This document shows positions 29,201 through 45,200 of a stretch of DNA of 64,000 nucleotides, one piece after another. Source of the DNA: the human T2T-CHM13v2.0 reference genome, Homo sapiens. Position 1 is the stretch's first letter. Each line of letters begins with the position of its first letter. Made by a program: the position numbers and the translations under genes. The stretch is taken from the NCBI RefSeq assembly GCF_009914755.1, contig NC_060933.1, one strand, 5' to 3'. A model generated the notes under the pieces. The model did not search any database, had not been told where the DNA came from, and was given only the letters and a program-made list of their open reading frames with translations.

Positions 29201-32200
29201 ATTGCACTCGGGTTTATTCCATTCCATTCCATTCCATTCCGGATGATTCCATTCCATTGCATTCCGTTCCATTACATTCCCCTGCACTCGCGTTGATTCC
29301 ATTCCATTCTATTCCATTCCATTCAATTCCATTCCATTACAATTCGTTCCATTCCATTCTATTCCGTACCATTCCATTCCATTCCATACCATTCCATTCC
29401 ATTCCATTCCATTCCATTCAATTCGATTCCATTCCATTCCATTCCGTTCCATTCCGTTCCATTCCATTCCATTCCATTCCATTCGGGTTAATTCCATTCC
29501 ATTCCATTCCATCCCATTCTATTACATTCCATTGCAATCGAGTTGAATCCATTGCATTTCATTCCATTCCATTCCATACCATTCCGTTCCATTCCGGAAG
29601 ATTCCATTCCATTGCATTCCATTCCATTCCATTCCCCTGCACTCGCGTTGATTCCATTCCATTCCATTCCATTCCATTCCTTTCCATTCCATTCCGTTCC
29701 GTTCCATTCCATTCCATTCCATTCTATTCGGGTTAATTCCATTCCATTCCATTCGATTGCAATCGAGTTGATTCCATTCCATTCCATTCCATTCCATTCC
29801 ATTCCATTCCATTCCTTTCCATTCCATTACGGATGATTCCATTCCATTGCATTCCATTCCATTCCATTCCCCTGTACTCGGGTTGATTCCATTCCATTGC
29901 ATTCCAATCCATGCCCTTCCACTCGTGTTGATTCCATTCTTTCCATTCCATTCAAGTTGAATCCATTCCATTGCATTCCATTCCATTCGATTCCATTCGA
30001 TTGCACTCGGGTTGATTCCATTCCATTCCATTCCATTCCATTCCATTACATTCCGTTCCATTCCATTCCATTTCATTCGGATTGATTCTATTCAATTCCC
30101 TTACACTCCATTACATTCCATTCCATTCGGGTAGTTTCCATTCCATTCCATTCCATTCCTCTCCATTCCATTGCACTCGGGTTGATTCCATTCCATTGCA
30201 TTCCATTCCATTCCATTCAATTCCATTCCGTTCCATTCCATTCCATTACATTCGGATTGATTCTATTCAACTCCCTTACTCTCCATTACATTCCATTCCG
30301 TTCGGGTTGTTCCATTCCATTCCATTCCATTCCACTCCATTCCATTGCACTCGGGTTTGTTCCATTCTATTCCATTCCATTCCATTCCATTCCATTCCAT
30401 TCCATTCCATTCCGGAAGATTCCATTCCATTGCATTCCATTCCATTCCATTCCCCTGCACTCGCGTTGATTCCATTCCATTCCATTCCATTCCATTCCAT
30501 TCCATTCCATTCCGTTCCATTCCTTTCCGTTCCATTCCATTCCATTCCATTCCATTCCATTCCATTCCATTCCCTTCCATTCCATTCCATTCCATTACGG
30601 ATGATTACATTCCATTGCATTCCATTCCATTCCATTCCCCTGCAGTCGGGTTGATTCCATTCCATTCCATTGCATTCCATTCCATTCCATTCCGTTCCGT
30701 TCCGTTCCGTTCCATTCCATTCCATTCCATTCTATTCGGGTTAATTCCATTCCATTCCATTCTATTCCAATCGAGTTGATTCCATTCCATTCCATTCCAT
30801 TCCATTCCACTCCATTCCAGTCCTTTCCATTCCATTCCACTCGGGTTGATTCCAATGTATTCCTTTCCATTCCATTCCATTCCATTGCAATCGAGTTGAT
30901 TCCATTGCTTTGCATTCCATTCCATTCCATTCCATTCCGGATGATTCCATTCCATTGCATTCCATTCCATTCCATTCCCCTGCCCTCGGGTTGATTCCAC
31001 TCCATTCCACTGCATTCCGTTCCATTCCATTCCATTCCATTGTATTCGGGTTAATTGCATTCCATTCCATTCAATTCCATTCCATTCCATTCCATTCCAT
31101 TCAATTACAATCGAGTTGATTCCATTCCATTCCATTCCATTCCATTCCATTCCATTCCAGTCCTTTCCATTCCATTCCACTCGGGTTGATTCCATTCTAT
31201 TAGTTTCCATTCCATTCCATTCCCTTCCATTCCACTCTTGTTGATTCCATTCCTTTCCATTCCACTCGAATACATTCCCTCCTATTCCACTCGGAACGAT
31301 TCCATTCCATTCCATTCCATTCCATTCCAGTTCGTTCCATTCCGTTCTATTTCGTACCATTCCATTCCATTCCATTCCTTTCCATTCCATTCCTTTGCAC
31401 TCGTGTTGATTCCATTCCTTTCCATTCCATTCGGTTTGAAGGCATTCCATTCTATTCAATTCCATTCCATTCCTCTCCATTCCATTCCAGTCTATTCCAT
31501 TCCATTGCAATCGAGTTGAATCCATTGCCTTTCATTCCATTCCATTCCATTCCATTTCATTCCATTGCAATCCATTCCAATCCATTCCATTCCATTCCAT
31601 TCCACTTGAGTTGACTTCATTCCATTCCTTTCCATTCCATTCCATTCCTTTCCACTCGAGTTGATTCCATTCCATTCCAATCCATTGCATTCCATTCCAT
31701 GCCATTCCACTCGGGTTGATTCCATTCCTTTGCATTCCATTCCATTCCATTCCATTCCATTCCATTCCGTTGCATTCCATTCCATTACATTCCATTACAT
31801 TCGGATTGATTCTATTCAACTCCCTTACTCTCCATTACATTCCATTCCATTCGGGTTGTTCCATTCCATTCCATTCCATTCCACTCCATTCCACTGCACT
31901 CGGGTTGATTCCATTCCATTCCATTCCATTCCATTCCATTCCATTCCATTCCATTCCGGATGATTCCTTTCCATTGCATTCCGTTCCATTACATTCCCCT
32001 GCACTCGCGTTGATTCCATTCCATTCCATTCCTTTCCATTCAATTCCATTCCATTACAATTCGTTCCATTCCATTCTATTCCGTACCAATCCATTCCATT
32101 CCATACCATTCCATTCCATTCCATTCCATTCCATTCCGTTCCATTCCGTTCCATTCCATTCCATTCCATTCCATTCGGGTTAATTCCATTCCATTCCATT

Positions 32201-35200
32201 CCATCCCATTCTATTACATTCCATTGCAATCGAGTTGAATCCATTGCATTTCATTCCATTCCATTCCATACCATTCCGTTCCATTCCGGAAGATTCCATT
32301 CCATTGCATTCCATTCCATTCCATTCCCCTGCACTCGCGTTGATTCCATTCCATTCCATTCCATTCCATTCCTTTCCATTCCATTCCGTTCCGTTCCATT
32401 CCATTCCATTCCATTCTATTCAGGTTAATTCCATTCCATTCCATTCGATTGCAATCGAGTTGATTCCATTCCATTCCATTCCATTCCATTCCATTCCATT
32501 CCATTCCTTTCCATTCCATTACGGATGATTCCATTCCATTGCATTCCATTCCATTCCTTTCCCCTGTACTCGGGTTGATTCCATTCCATTGCATTCCAAT
32601 CCATGCCCTTCCACTCGTGTTGTTTCCATTCTTTCCATTCCATTCAAGTTGAATCCATTCCATTGCATTCCATTCCATTCGATTCCATTCGATTGCACTC
32701 GGGTTGATTCCATTCCATTGCATTCCATTCCATTCCATTCCATTCCATTCCATTCCATTCCATTCCGTTCCATTCCATTCCATTTCATTCGGATTGATTC
32801 TATTCAATTCCCTTACACTCCATTACATTCCATTCCATTCGGGTAGTTTCCATTCCATTCCATTCCATTCCTCTCCATTCCATTGCACTCGGGTTGATTC
32901 CATTCCATTGCATTCCATTCCATTCCATTCAATTCCATTCCGTTCCATTCCATTCCATTACATTCGGATTGATTCTATTCAACTCCCTTACTCTCCATTA
33001 CATTCCATTCCGTTCGGGTTGTTCCATTCCATTCCATTCCATTCCACTCCATTCCATTGCACTCGGGTTTGTTCCATTCTATTCCATTCCATTCCATTCC
33101 ATTCCATTCCATTCCATTCCATTCCATTCCGGAAGATTCCATTCCATTGCATTCCATTCCATTCCATTCCCCTGCACTCGCGTTGATTCCATTCCATTCC
33201 ATTCCATTCCATTCCATTCCATTCCGTTCCATTCCTTTCCGTTCCATTCCATTCCATTCCATTCCATTCCATTCCGTTCCATTCCATTCCATTCCATTAC
33301 GGATGATTACATTCCATTGCATTCCATTCCATTCCATTCCCCTGCAGTCGGGTTGATTCCATTCCATTCCATTGCATTCCATTCCATTCCATTCCGTTCC
33401 GTTCCGTTCCGTTCCATTCCATTCCATTCCATTCTATTCGGGTTAATTCCATTCCATTCCATTCCATTCCAATCGAGTTCATTCCATTCCATTCCATTCC
33501 ATTCCATTCCACTCCATTCCAGTCCTTTCCATTCCATTCCACTCGGGTTGATTCCAATGTATTCCTTTCCATTCCATTCCATTCCATTGCAATCGAGTTG
33601 ATTCCATTGCTTTGCATTCCATTCCATTCCATTCCATTCCGGATGATTCCATTCCATTGCATTCCATTCCATTCCATTCCCCTGCCCTCGGGTTGATTCC
33701 ACTCCATTCCACTGCATTCCGTTCCATTCCATTCCATTCCATTGTATTCGGGTTAATTGCATTCCATTCCATTCAATTCCATTCCATTCCATTCCATTCC
33801 ATTCAATTACAATCGAGTTGATTCCATTCCATTCCATTCCATTCCATTCCATTCCATTCCAGTCCTTTCCATTCCATTCCACTCGGGTTGATTCCATTCT
33901 ATTAGTTTCCATTCCATTCCATTCCCTTCCATTCCACTCTTGTTGATTCCATTCCTTTCCATTCCACTCGAATACATTCCCTCCTATTCCACTCGGAACG
34001 ATTCCATTCCATTCCATTCCATTCCATTCCATTCCATTCCAGTTCGTTCCATTCCGTTCTATTTCGTACCATTCCATTCCATTCCATTCCTTTCCATTCC
34101 ATTCCTTTCCACTCCTGTTGATTCCATTCCTTTCCATTCCATTGGGTTTGAAGGCATTCCATTCTATTCAATTCCATTCCATTCCTCTCCATTCCATTCC
34201 AGTCTATTCCATTCCATTGCAATCGAGTTGAATCCATTGCCTTTCATTCCATTCCATTCCATTCCATTCCGGAATATTCCATTCCATTGCATTCCATTCC
34301 ATTCCATTCCCCTTCACTTGCGTTGATTCCATTCCATTCCATTCCATTCCATTCCGTTCCGTTCCATTCCATTCCATTCCATTCCATTCCATTCCGTTCC
34401 ATTGCAATGGAGTTGATTCCATTCCATTCCATTCCATTCCGGATGATTCCATTCCATTGCATTCCATTCCATTCCATTCCCCTGCACTCGTGTTGATTCC
34501 ATTCCATTCCATTCCATTCCATTCCGTTCCATTCCATTCCATTCCATTCTATTCCGGTTAATTCCATTCCATTCCATTCCATTCCATTGCAATCGAGTTG
34601 TTTCCATTCCATTCCTTTCCATTCCATTCCATTGCCTTGCATTCCACTCGGGTTGATTCCATTCCCTTCTTTCCACTCCATTACATTCCCTTCCATTCCA
34701 TTCGGAATGATTGATTCCATTCCATTCCATTCCATTTCATTCCATTTCAATCCATTCCAATCCATTCCATTCCATTCCATTCCACTCGAGTTGACTTCAT
34801 TCCATTCCTTTCCATTCCATTCCATTCCTTTCCACTCGAGTTGATTCCATTCCATTCCAATCCATTGTATTCCATTCCATGCCATTCCAGTCGGGTTGAT
34901 TCCATTCCTTTGCATTCCATTCCATTCCATTCCATTGCATTCCATTCAATTCCATTCCGTTGCATTCCATTCCATTACATTCGGATTGATTCTATTCAAC
35001 TCCCTTTCTCTCCATTCCATTCCATTCCATTCGGGTTGTTCCATTCCATTCCATTCCATTCCACTCCATTCCATTGCACTCGGGTTTATTCCATTCCATT
35101 CCATTCCATTCCGGATGATTCCATTCCATTGCATTCCGTTCCATTACATTCCCCTGCACTCGCGTTGATTCCATTCCATTCTATTCCATTCCATTCAATT

Positions 35201-38000
35201 CCATTCCATTACAATTCGTTCCATTCCATTCTATTCCGTACCATTCCATTCCATTCCATACCATTCCATTCCATTCCATTCCATTCCATTCAATTCCATT
35301 CCATTCCATTCCATTCCGTTCCATTCCGTTCCATTCCATTCCATTCCATTCCATTCGGGTTAATTCCATTCCATTCCATTCCATCCCATTCTATTACATT
35401 CCATTGCAATCGAGTTGAATCCATTGCATTTCATTCCATTCCATTCCATACCATTCCGTTCCATTCCGGAAGATTCCATTCCATTGCATTCCATTCCATT
35501 CCATTCCCCTGCACTCGCGTTGATTCCATTCCATTCCATTCCATTCCATTCCTTTCCATTCCATTCCGTTCCGTTCCATTCCATTCCATTCCATTCTATT
35601 CGGGTTAATTCCATTCCATTCCATTCGATTGCAATCGAGTTGATTCCATTCCATTCCATTCCATTCCATTCCATTCCATTCCATTCCTTTCCATTCCATT
35701 ACGGATGATTCCATTCCATTGCATTCCATTCCATTCCATTCCCCTGTACTCGGGTTGATTCCATTCCATTGCATTCCAATCCATGCCCTTCCACTCGTGT
35801 TGATTCCATTCTTTCCATTCCATTCAAGTTGAATCCATTCCATTGCATTCCATTCCATTCGATTCCATTCGATTGCACTCGGGTTGATTCCATTCCATTC
35901 CATTCCATTCCATTCCATTCCATTCCATTCCGTTCCATTCCATTCCATTTCATTCGGATTGATTCTATTCAATTCCCTTACACTCCATTACATTCCATTC
36001 CATTCGGGTAGTTTCCATTCCATTCCATTCCATTCCTCTCCATTCCATTGCACTCGGGTTGATTCCATTCCATTGCATTCCATTCCATTCCATTCAATTC
36101 CATTCCGTTCCATTCCATTCCATTACATTCGGATTGATTCTATTCAACTCCCTTACTCTCCATTACATTCCATTCCGTTCGGGTTGTTCCATTCCATTCC
36201 ATTCCATTCCACTCCATTCCATTGCACTCGGGTTTGTTCCATTCTATTCCATTCCATTCCATTCCATTCCATTCCATTCCATTCCATTCCGGAAGATTCC
36301 ATTCCATTGCATTCCATTCCATTCCATTCCCCTGCACTCGCGTTGATTCCATTCCATTCCATTCCATTCCATTCCATTCCATTCCATTCCGTTCCATTCC
36401 TTTCCGTTCCATTCCATTCCATTCCATTCCATTCCATTCCATTCCATTCCCTTCCATTCCATTCCATTCCATTACGGATGATTACATTCCATTGCATTCC
36501 ATTCCATTCCATTCCCCTGCAGTCGGGTTGATTCCATTCCATTCCATTGCATTCCATTCCATTCCATTCCGTTCCGTTCCGTTCCGTTCCATTCCATTCC
36601 ATTCCATTCTATTCGGGTTAATTCCATTCCATTCCATTCTATTCCAATCGAGTTGATTCCATTCCATTCCATTTCATTCCATTCCACTCCATTCCAGTCC
36701 TTTCCATTCCATTCCACTCGGGTTGATTCCAATGTATTCCTTTCCATTCCATTCCATTCCATTGCAATCGAGTTGATTCCATTGCTTTGCATTCCATTCC
36801 ATTCCATTCCATTCCGGATGATTCCATTCCATTGCATTCCATTCCATTCCATTCCCCTGCCCTCGGGTTGATTCCACTCCATTCCACTGCATTCCGTTCC
36901 ATTCCATTCCATTCCATTGTATTCGGGTTAATTGCATTCCATTCCATTCAATTCCATTCCATTCCATTCCATTCCATTCAATTACAATCGAGTTGATTCC
37001 ATTCCATTCCATTCCATTCCATTCCATTCCATTCCAGTCCTTTCCATTCCATTCCACTCGGGTTGATTCCATTCTATTAGTTTCCATTCCATTCCATTCC
37101 CTTCCATTCCACTCTTGTTGATTCCATTCCTTTCCATTCCACTCGAATACATTCCCTCCTATTCCACTCGGAACGATTCCATTCCATTCCATTCCATTCC
37201 ATTCCATTCCATTCCAGTTCGTTCCATTCCGTTCTATTTCGTACCATTCCATTCCATTCCATTCCTTTCCATTCCATTCCTTTCCACTCGTGTTGATTCC
37301 ATTCCTTTCCATTCCATTCGGTTTGAAGGCATTCCATTCTATTCAATTCCATTCCATTCCTCTCCATTCCATTCCAGTCTATTCCATTCCATTGCAATCG
37401 AGTTGAATCCATTGCCTTTCATTCCATTCCATTCCATTCCATTTCATTCCATTGCAATCCATTCCAATCCATTCCATTCCATTCCATTCCACTTGAGTTG
37501 ACTTCATTCCATTCCTTTCCATTCCATTCCATTCCTTTCCACTCGAGTTGATTCCATTCCATTCCAATCCATTGCATTCCATTCCATGCCATTCCACTCG
37601 GGTTGATTCCATTCCTTTGCATTCCATTCCATTCCATTCCATTCCATTCCATTCCGTTGCATTCCATTCCATTACATTCCATTACATTCGGATTGATTCT
37701 ATTCAACTCCCTTACTCTCCATTACATTCCATTCCATTCGGGTTGTTCCATTCCATTCCATTCCATTCCACTCCATTCCACTGCACTCGGGTTGATTCCA
37801 TTCCATTCCATTCCATTCCATTCCATTCCATTCCATTCCGGATGATTCCATTCCATTGCATTCCGTTCCATTACATTCCCCTGCACTCGCGTTGATTCCA
37901 TTCCATTCCATTCCTTTCCATTCAATTCCATTCCATTACAATTCGTTCCATTCCATTCTATTCCGTACCAATCCATTCCATTCCATACCATTCCATTCCA
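26250..38000 (-). repeat. Nested tandem duplication: 2 x ~5.87 kb, each made of related 3.18 kb and 2.69 kb subunits (A-B-A-B)
   Basis: The marker atcccattctattacatt occurs at 26331, 29511, 32203 and 35383 (spacings 3180, 2692, 3180). ORF translations repeat at offsets 5872-5887. Boundaries are approximate. Confidence 0.93.
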
Positions 38001-39170
38001 TTCCATTCCATTCCATTCCATTCCATTCCGTTCCATTCCGTTGCATTCCATTCCATTCCATTCTATTCGGGTTAATCCCATTCCATTCCATTCCATTCCA
38101 TTCTATTCCATTCCATTGCAATCGAGTTGAATCCACTGCATTTCATTCCATTCCATTCCATTCCATTCCGGAAGATTCCATTCCATTGCATTCCATTCCA
38201 TGCCATTCCCCTGCACTCGCGTTGATTCCATTCCATTCCATTCCATTCCATTCCATTCCATTCCGTTCCGTTCCGTTCCGTTCCATTCCATTCCATTCCA
38301 TTCCATTCCATTCCGTTCCGTTCCATTCCATTCCATTCCATTCTATTCGGGTTAATTCCACTCCATTCCATTAGATTGCAATCGTGTTGATTCCATTCCA
38401 TTCCATTCCATTCCATTCCATTCCATTCCTTTCCATTCCATTACGGATGATTCTATTCCATTGCATTCCATTCCATTCCATTCCCCTGTACTCGGGTTGA
38501 TTCCATTCCATTGCATTCCAATCCATGCCCTTCCGCTCATGTTGATTCCATTCTTTCCATTCCATTCAAGTTGAATCTATTCCATTGCATTCCATTCCAT
38601 TCGATTCCATTCGATTGCACTCTGGTTGATTCCATTCCATTGCATTCCATTCCATTCCATTCCATTCCATTCCATTCCATTCCGTTCCTTTCCATTCCAT
38701 TACATTCGGATTGATTCTATTCAATTCCCTTACACTCCATTACATTCCATTCCATTCGGGTAGTTTCCATTCCATTCCATTCCATTCCTCTCCATTCCAT
38801 TGCACTCAGGTTGATTCCATTCCATTGCATTCCATTCCATTCCATTCCATTCCATTCCGTTCCATTCCATTCCATTACATTCGGATTGACTCTATTCAAC
38901 TCCCTTACTCTCCATTACATTCCATTCCATTCGGCTTCTTCCATTCCATTCGATTCCTTTCCATTCCACTCCATTCCATTGCACTCGGGTTTATTCCATT
39001 CCATTCCATTCCATTCCATTTCATTCCGGATGATTCCTTTCCATTGCATTGCATTCCATTCCATTCCCCTGCACTCGCGTTGATTCCATTCCATTCCATT
39101 CCATTCCATTCCATTCCATTCCATTCCATTCCTTTCCATTCCATTCCATTCCATTCCATTCCATTCCATA

Positions 39171-39210
39171 CCGTTCCGTTCCGTTCCGTTCCGTTCCGTT
39201 CCGTTCCGTT
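39171..39210 (+). repeat. (CCGTT)8 CpG-containing variant-pentamer run
   Basis: Eight consecutive ccgtt units. Six-unit runs occur at 41111-41140 and 44261-44290. Confidence 0.92.
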
Positions 39211-42200
39211 CCATTTCATTCCATTCCATTCTATTAGGGTTAATTCCAATCCATTCCATTCGATTGCAATCGAGTTGATTCCATTCCATTCCATTCCATT
39301 CCATTCCATTCCTTTCCATTCCATTACGGATGATTCCATTCCATTGCATTCCATTCCATTCCATTCCCCTGTACTCGGGTTGATTGCATTCCATTCCATT
39401 CCAATCCATGCCATTCCACTCGTGTTGATTCCATTCTTTCCATTCCATTCAAGTTGAATCCATTCCATTGCATTCCCTTCCATTCCATTCCCCTGCAGTC
39501 GGGTTGATTCCATTCCATTCCATTCCATTCCATTCCATTCCGTTCCGTTCCATTCCATTCCATTCCATTCTATTCCGTTAATTGCATTCCATTCCATTCC
39601 ATTCCATTCCATTCCATTCCTTTCTAATCGAGTTGATTCCATTCCATTCCATTCCATTCCATTCCACTCCATTCCAGTCCTTTCCATTCCATTCCACTCG
39701 GGTTGATTCCAATGTATTCCTTTCCATTCCATTCCATTCCTTTGCAATCGAGTTGATTCCATTGCTTTGCATTCCATTCCATTCCATTCCATTCCGGATG
39801 ATTCCATTCCATTGCATTCTATTCCATTCCATTCCCCTGCCCTCGGGTTGATTCCATTCCATTCCACTCCATTCCGTTCCATTCCATTCCATTCCATTGT
39901 ATTCGGGTTACTTCCATTCCATTCCATTCCATTCCATTCCATTACAATCAAGTTGATTCCATTCCATTCCATTCCATTCCAGATGATTCCATTCCATTGC
40001 ATTCCATTCCATTCCATTCCTCTGCACTCGTGTTGATTCCATTACCTTCCATTCCATTCCATTCCGTTCCATTCCATTGCATTCCATTCCATTCCGGTTA
40101 ATTCCATTCCATTCCATTCCATTCCATTCCATTCCATTGCAATCGAGTTGATTCCATTCCATTTCTTTCCATTCCATTCCATTGCCTTGCATTCCAATCG
40201 GGTTGATTCCATTCCCTTCTTTCCACTCCATTACATTCCCTTCCATTCCACTCGGAATGATTGATTCCATTCCATTCCATTCCATTTCATTCCCTTGCAA
40301 TCCATTCTAATCTATTCCATTCCATTCCATTCCACTCGAGTTGATTTCATTCCATTCCTTTCCATTCCATTCCATTCCTTTCCACTCGAGTTGATTCCAT
40401 TCCATTCCATTCCATTGCATTCCATTCCATGCCATTCCACTCGGGTTAATTCCATTCCTTTGCATTCCATTCCATTCCATTCCATTCCATTCCATTCCAT
40501 TCCATTCCATTCCATTCCATTTCGTTGCATTCCATTCCATTACATTCGGATTGATTCTATTCAACTCCCTTACTCTCCATTACATTCCATTCCATTCGGG
40601 TTGTTCCATTCCATTCCATTCCATTCCACTCCATTCCATTGCACTCGGGTTGATTCCATTCCATTCCATTCCATTCCATTCCATTCCATTCCATTCCGCA
40701 TGATTCCATTGCATTGCATTCCGTTCCATTACATTCCCCTGCACTCGCGTTGATTCCATTCCATTCCATTCCATTCCATTCAATTCCATTCCATTCCATT
40801 CCATTCCATTCCACTCCGTTCCATTCCATTCCATTCCATTCCATTCCATTCCACTCCGTTCCATTCCATTCCATTCCATTCCATTCCATTCTATTCGAGT
40901 TAATTCCATTCCATTCCATTCCGTTCCATTCTATTCCATTCCATTGCAATCGAGTTGAATCCATTGCATTTCATTCCATTCCATTCCATTCCATTCCATT
41001 CCATTCCATTCCATTCCATTCCGGAAGATTCCATTCCATTGCATTCCATTCCATTCCATGCCCCTGCACTCGCGTTGATTCCATTCCATTCCATTCCATT
41101 CCATTCCATTCCGTTCCGTTCCGTTCCGTTCCGTTCCGTTCCATTCCATTCCATTCCATTCCATTCCATTCCATTCCGTTCCGTTCCATTCCATTCCATT
41201 CCATTCTATTCGGGTTAATTCCATTCCATTCCATTCGATTGCAATCGTGTTGATTCCATTCCATTCCATTCCATTCCATTCCATTCCATTCCTTTCCATT
41301 CCATTACGGATGATTCCATTCCATTGCATTCCATTCCATTCCATTCCCCTGTACTCGGGTTGATTCCATTCCATTGCATTCCAATCCATGCCATTCCACT
41401 CGTGTTGATTCCATTCTTTCCATTCCATTCAAGTTGAATCCATTCCATTGCATTCCATTCCATTGGATTCCATTCGATTGCACTCGGGTTGATTCCATTC
41501 CATTGCATTCCATTCCATTCCATTCCATTCCATTCCATTCCGTTCCTTTCTATTCCATTACATTCGGATTGATTCTATTCACTTCCCTTACACTCCATTA
41601 CATTCCATTCCATTCGGGTACTTTCCATTCCATTCCGTTCCATTCCTCTCCATTCCATTGCACTCGGGTTGATTCCATTCCATTGCATTCCATTCCATTC
41701 CATTCAATTCCATTCCGTTCCATTCCATTCCATTACATTCTGATTGGTTCTATTCAACTCCCTTAGTCTCCATTACATTCCATTCCATTCGGGTTGTTCC
41801 ATTCCATTCCATTCCATTCCACTCCATTCCATTGCACTCGGGTTGATTCCATTCCATTCCATTCCATTCCAATCAATTCCATTCCATTCCGGAAGATTCC
41901 ATTCCATTGCATTCCATTCCATTCCATTCCCCTGCACTCGCGTTAATTCCATTCCATTCCATTCCATTCCATTCCATTCCATTCCTTTCCGTTCCATTCC
42001 ATTCCATTCCATTCCATTCCATTCCGTTCCGTTCCATTCCATTCCATTCCATTCCATTCTATTCGGGTTAATTCCATTCCATTCCATTCGATTGCAATCG
42101 AGTCGATTCCATTCCATTCCATTCCATTCCATTCCATTCCTTTCCATTCCATTACGGATGATTCCATTCCATTGCATTCCATTCCATTCCATTCCCCTGT

Positions 42201-45200
42201 ACTCGGGTTGATTCCATTCCATTCCATTCCAATCCATGCCATTCCACTCGTGTTGATTCCATTCTTTCCATTCCATTCAAGTTGAATCCATTCCATTGCA
42301 TTCCATTCCATTCCATTCCCCTGCAGTCGGGTTGATTCCATTCCATTCCATTCCATTCCATTCCATTCCGTGCCGTTCCATTCCATTGCATTCCTTTCTA
42401 TTCGGGTTAAGTCCATTCCATTCCATTCCATTCCATTCCATTCCAATCAGGTTGATTCCATTCCATTCCATTCCATTCCATTCCATTCCATTCCACTCCA
42501 TTCCAGTCCTTTCCATTCCATTCCTCTCGGGTTGATTCCAATGTATTCCTTTCCATTCTATTCCATTCCATTGCAATCGAGTTGATTCCATTGCTTTGCA
42601 TTCCATTCCATTCCATTCCATTCCGGATGATTCCATTCCATTGCATTGCATTCCATTCCATTCCCCTGCACTCGGGTTGATTCCATTCCATTCCACTCCA
42701 TTCCGTTCCATTGCATTCCATTCCATTGTATTCGGGTTAATTCCATTCCAATCCATTCCATTCCATTCCATTCCATTACAATCGAGTTGATTCCATTCCA
42801 TTCCATTCCATTCCAGTCCTTTCCATTCCATTCCACTCGGGTTGATTCCATTCTATTAGTTTCCATTCCATTCCATTCCCTTCCATTCCACTCTGGTTGA
42901 TTCCATTCCTTTCCATTCCACTCGAATACATTCCCTCCTATTCCACTCGGAACGATTCCATTCCATTCCATTCCATTCCATTCCATTCCATTTCGTTCCA
43001 TTCCATTCCATTCCGTATCATTCCATTCCATTCCATTCCATTCCATTCCATTCCATTCCATTCCATTGTACTCGGGTTGATTCCATTCCATTGCATTCCA
43101 TTCCATTCCATTCCATTCCATTCCGTTGCATTCCATTCCATTACATTCGGATTGATTCTATTCAACTCCCTTACTCTCCATTACATTCCATTCCATTCGG
43201 GTTGTTCCATTCCATTCCATTCCATTCCACTCCATTCCATTGCACTCGGGTTGATTCCATTCCTTTCCATTCCATTCCATTCCATTCCGGATGATTACAT
43301 TCCATTGCATTCCGTTCCATTACATTCCCCTGCACTCGCGTTGATTCCAATCCATTCCATTCCATTCCATTCCATTCCATTGCATTACAATTCGTTCCAT
43401 TCTATTCTATTCCGTACCATTCCATTCCATTCCATGCCATTCCATTCCATTCCTTTCCATTCCGTTCCATTCCGTTCCATTCCGTTCCACTCCATTCCAT
43501 TCCATTCTATTCGGATTAATTCCATTCCATTCCATTCCATTCCATTCTATTCCATTCCATTGCAATCGAGTTGAATCCATTGCATTTCATTCCATTCCAT
43601 TCCATTCCATTCCATTCCATTCCGGAAGTTTCCATTCCATTGCATTCCATTCCATTCCATTCCCCTGCACTCGCGTTGATTCCATTTCATTCCATTCCAT
43701 TCCATTCCGTTCCGTTCCATTCCATTCCATTCCATTCCGTTCTGTTCCATTCCATTCCATTCCATTCCACTCGTGTTGATTTCATTCTTTCCATTCCATT
43801 CGGTTTGAAGGCATTCCATTCCATTCCATTCCATTCCATTCCATTCCAGTCCATTCCATTCCATTGTACTCGGGTTGATTCCATTCCATTGCATTCCATT
43901 CCATTCCATTCCATTCCATTCCGTTGCATTCCATTCCATTACATTCGGATTGATTCTATTCAACTCCCTTACTCTCCATTACATTCCATTCCATTCGGGT
44001 TGTTCCATTCCATTCCATTCCATTCCACTCCATTCCATTGCACTCGGATTGATTCCATTCCATTCCATTCCATTCCATTCCATTCCGGATGATTCCATTC
44101 CATTGCATTCCGTTCCATTACATTCCCCTGCACTCGGGTTGATTCCATTCATTTCCATTCCATTCCATTCGATTCCATTCCATTCCAATTCTTTCCATTC
44201 CATTCTATTCCGTACCATTCCATTCCATTCCATACAATTCCATTCCATTCCATTCCACTCCGTTCCGTTCCGTTCCGTTCCGTTCCGTTCCATTCCATTC
44301 CATTCCATTCTATTCGGTTTAATTCCATTCCATTCCATTCCATTCCATTCCATTCCATTCTATTCCATTCCATTGCAATCGAGTTGAATCCATTTCATTC
44401 CATTCCATTCCATTCCATTCCATTCCGGAAGATTCCATTCCATTGCATTCCATTCGATTCCATTCCATTCCATTCCATTCCATTCCATTCCATTGTACTC
44501 GGGTTGATTCCATTCCATTGCATTCCATTCCATTCCATTACGTTCCATTCCATTCCATTACATTCGGATTGATTCTTTTCAACTCCCTTACTCTCCATTA
44601 CATTCCATTCCATTCGGGTTGTTCCATTCCATTCCATTCCATTCCACTCCATTCCATTGCATTCGGGTTGATTCCATTCCATTCCATTCCATTCCATTCC
44701 GGATGATTCCATTCCATTGCATTCCGTTCCATTACATTCCCCTGCACTCGGGTTGATTCCATTCCATTCCATTCCATTCCATTCGATTCCATTCCATTCC
44801 CCTGCACTCGCGTTTATTCCATTCCATTCCATTCCATTGCATTCCATTCCATTCCATTCCATTCGATTCCATTCCTTTCCATTCCAGTCTTTTCCATTCC
44901 ATTCCACTCGGGTTGATTCCATTCTATTAGTTTCCATTCCATTCCATTCCCTTCCATTCCACTCTGGTTGATTCCATTCCTTTCCATTCCACTCGAATAC
45001 ATTCCCTCCTATTCCACTTGGAACGATTCCATTCCATTCCATTCCATTCCATTCCATTCCATTCCATTCCATTTCCTTCCATTCTATTCTATTCCGTATC
45101 ATTCCATTCCATTACATTCCATTCCATTCCATTCCATTCCACTCGTGTTGATTCCATTCCTTTCCATTCCATTCGGTTTGAAGGCATTCCATTCCATTCC

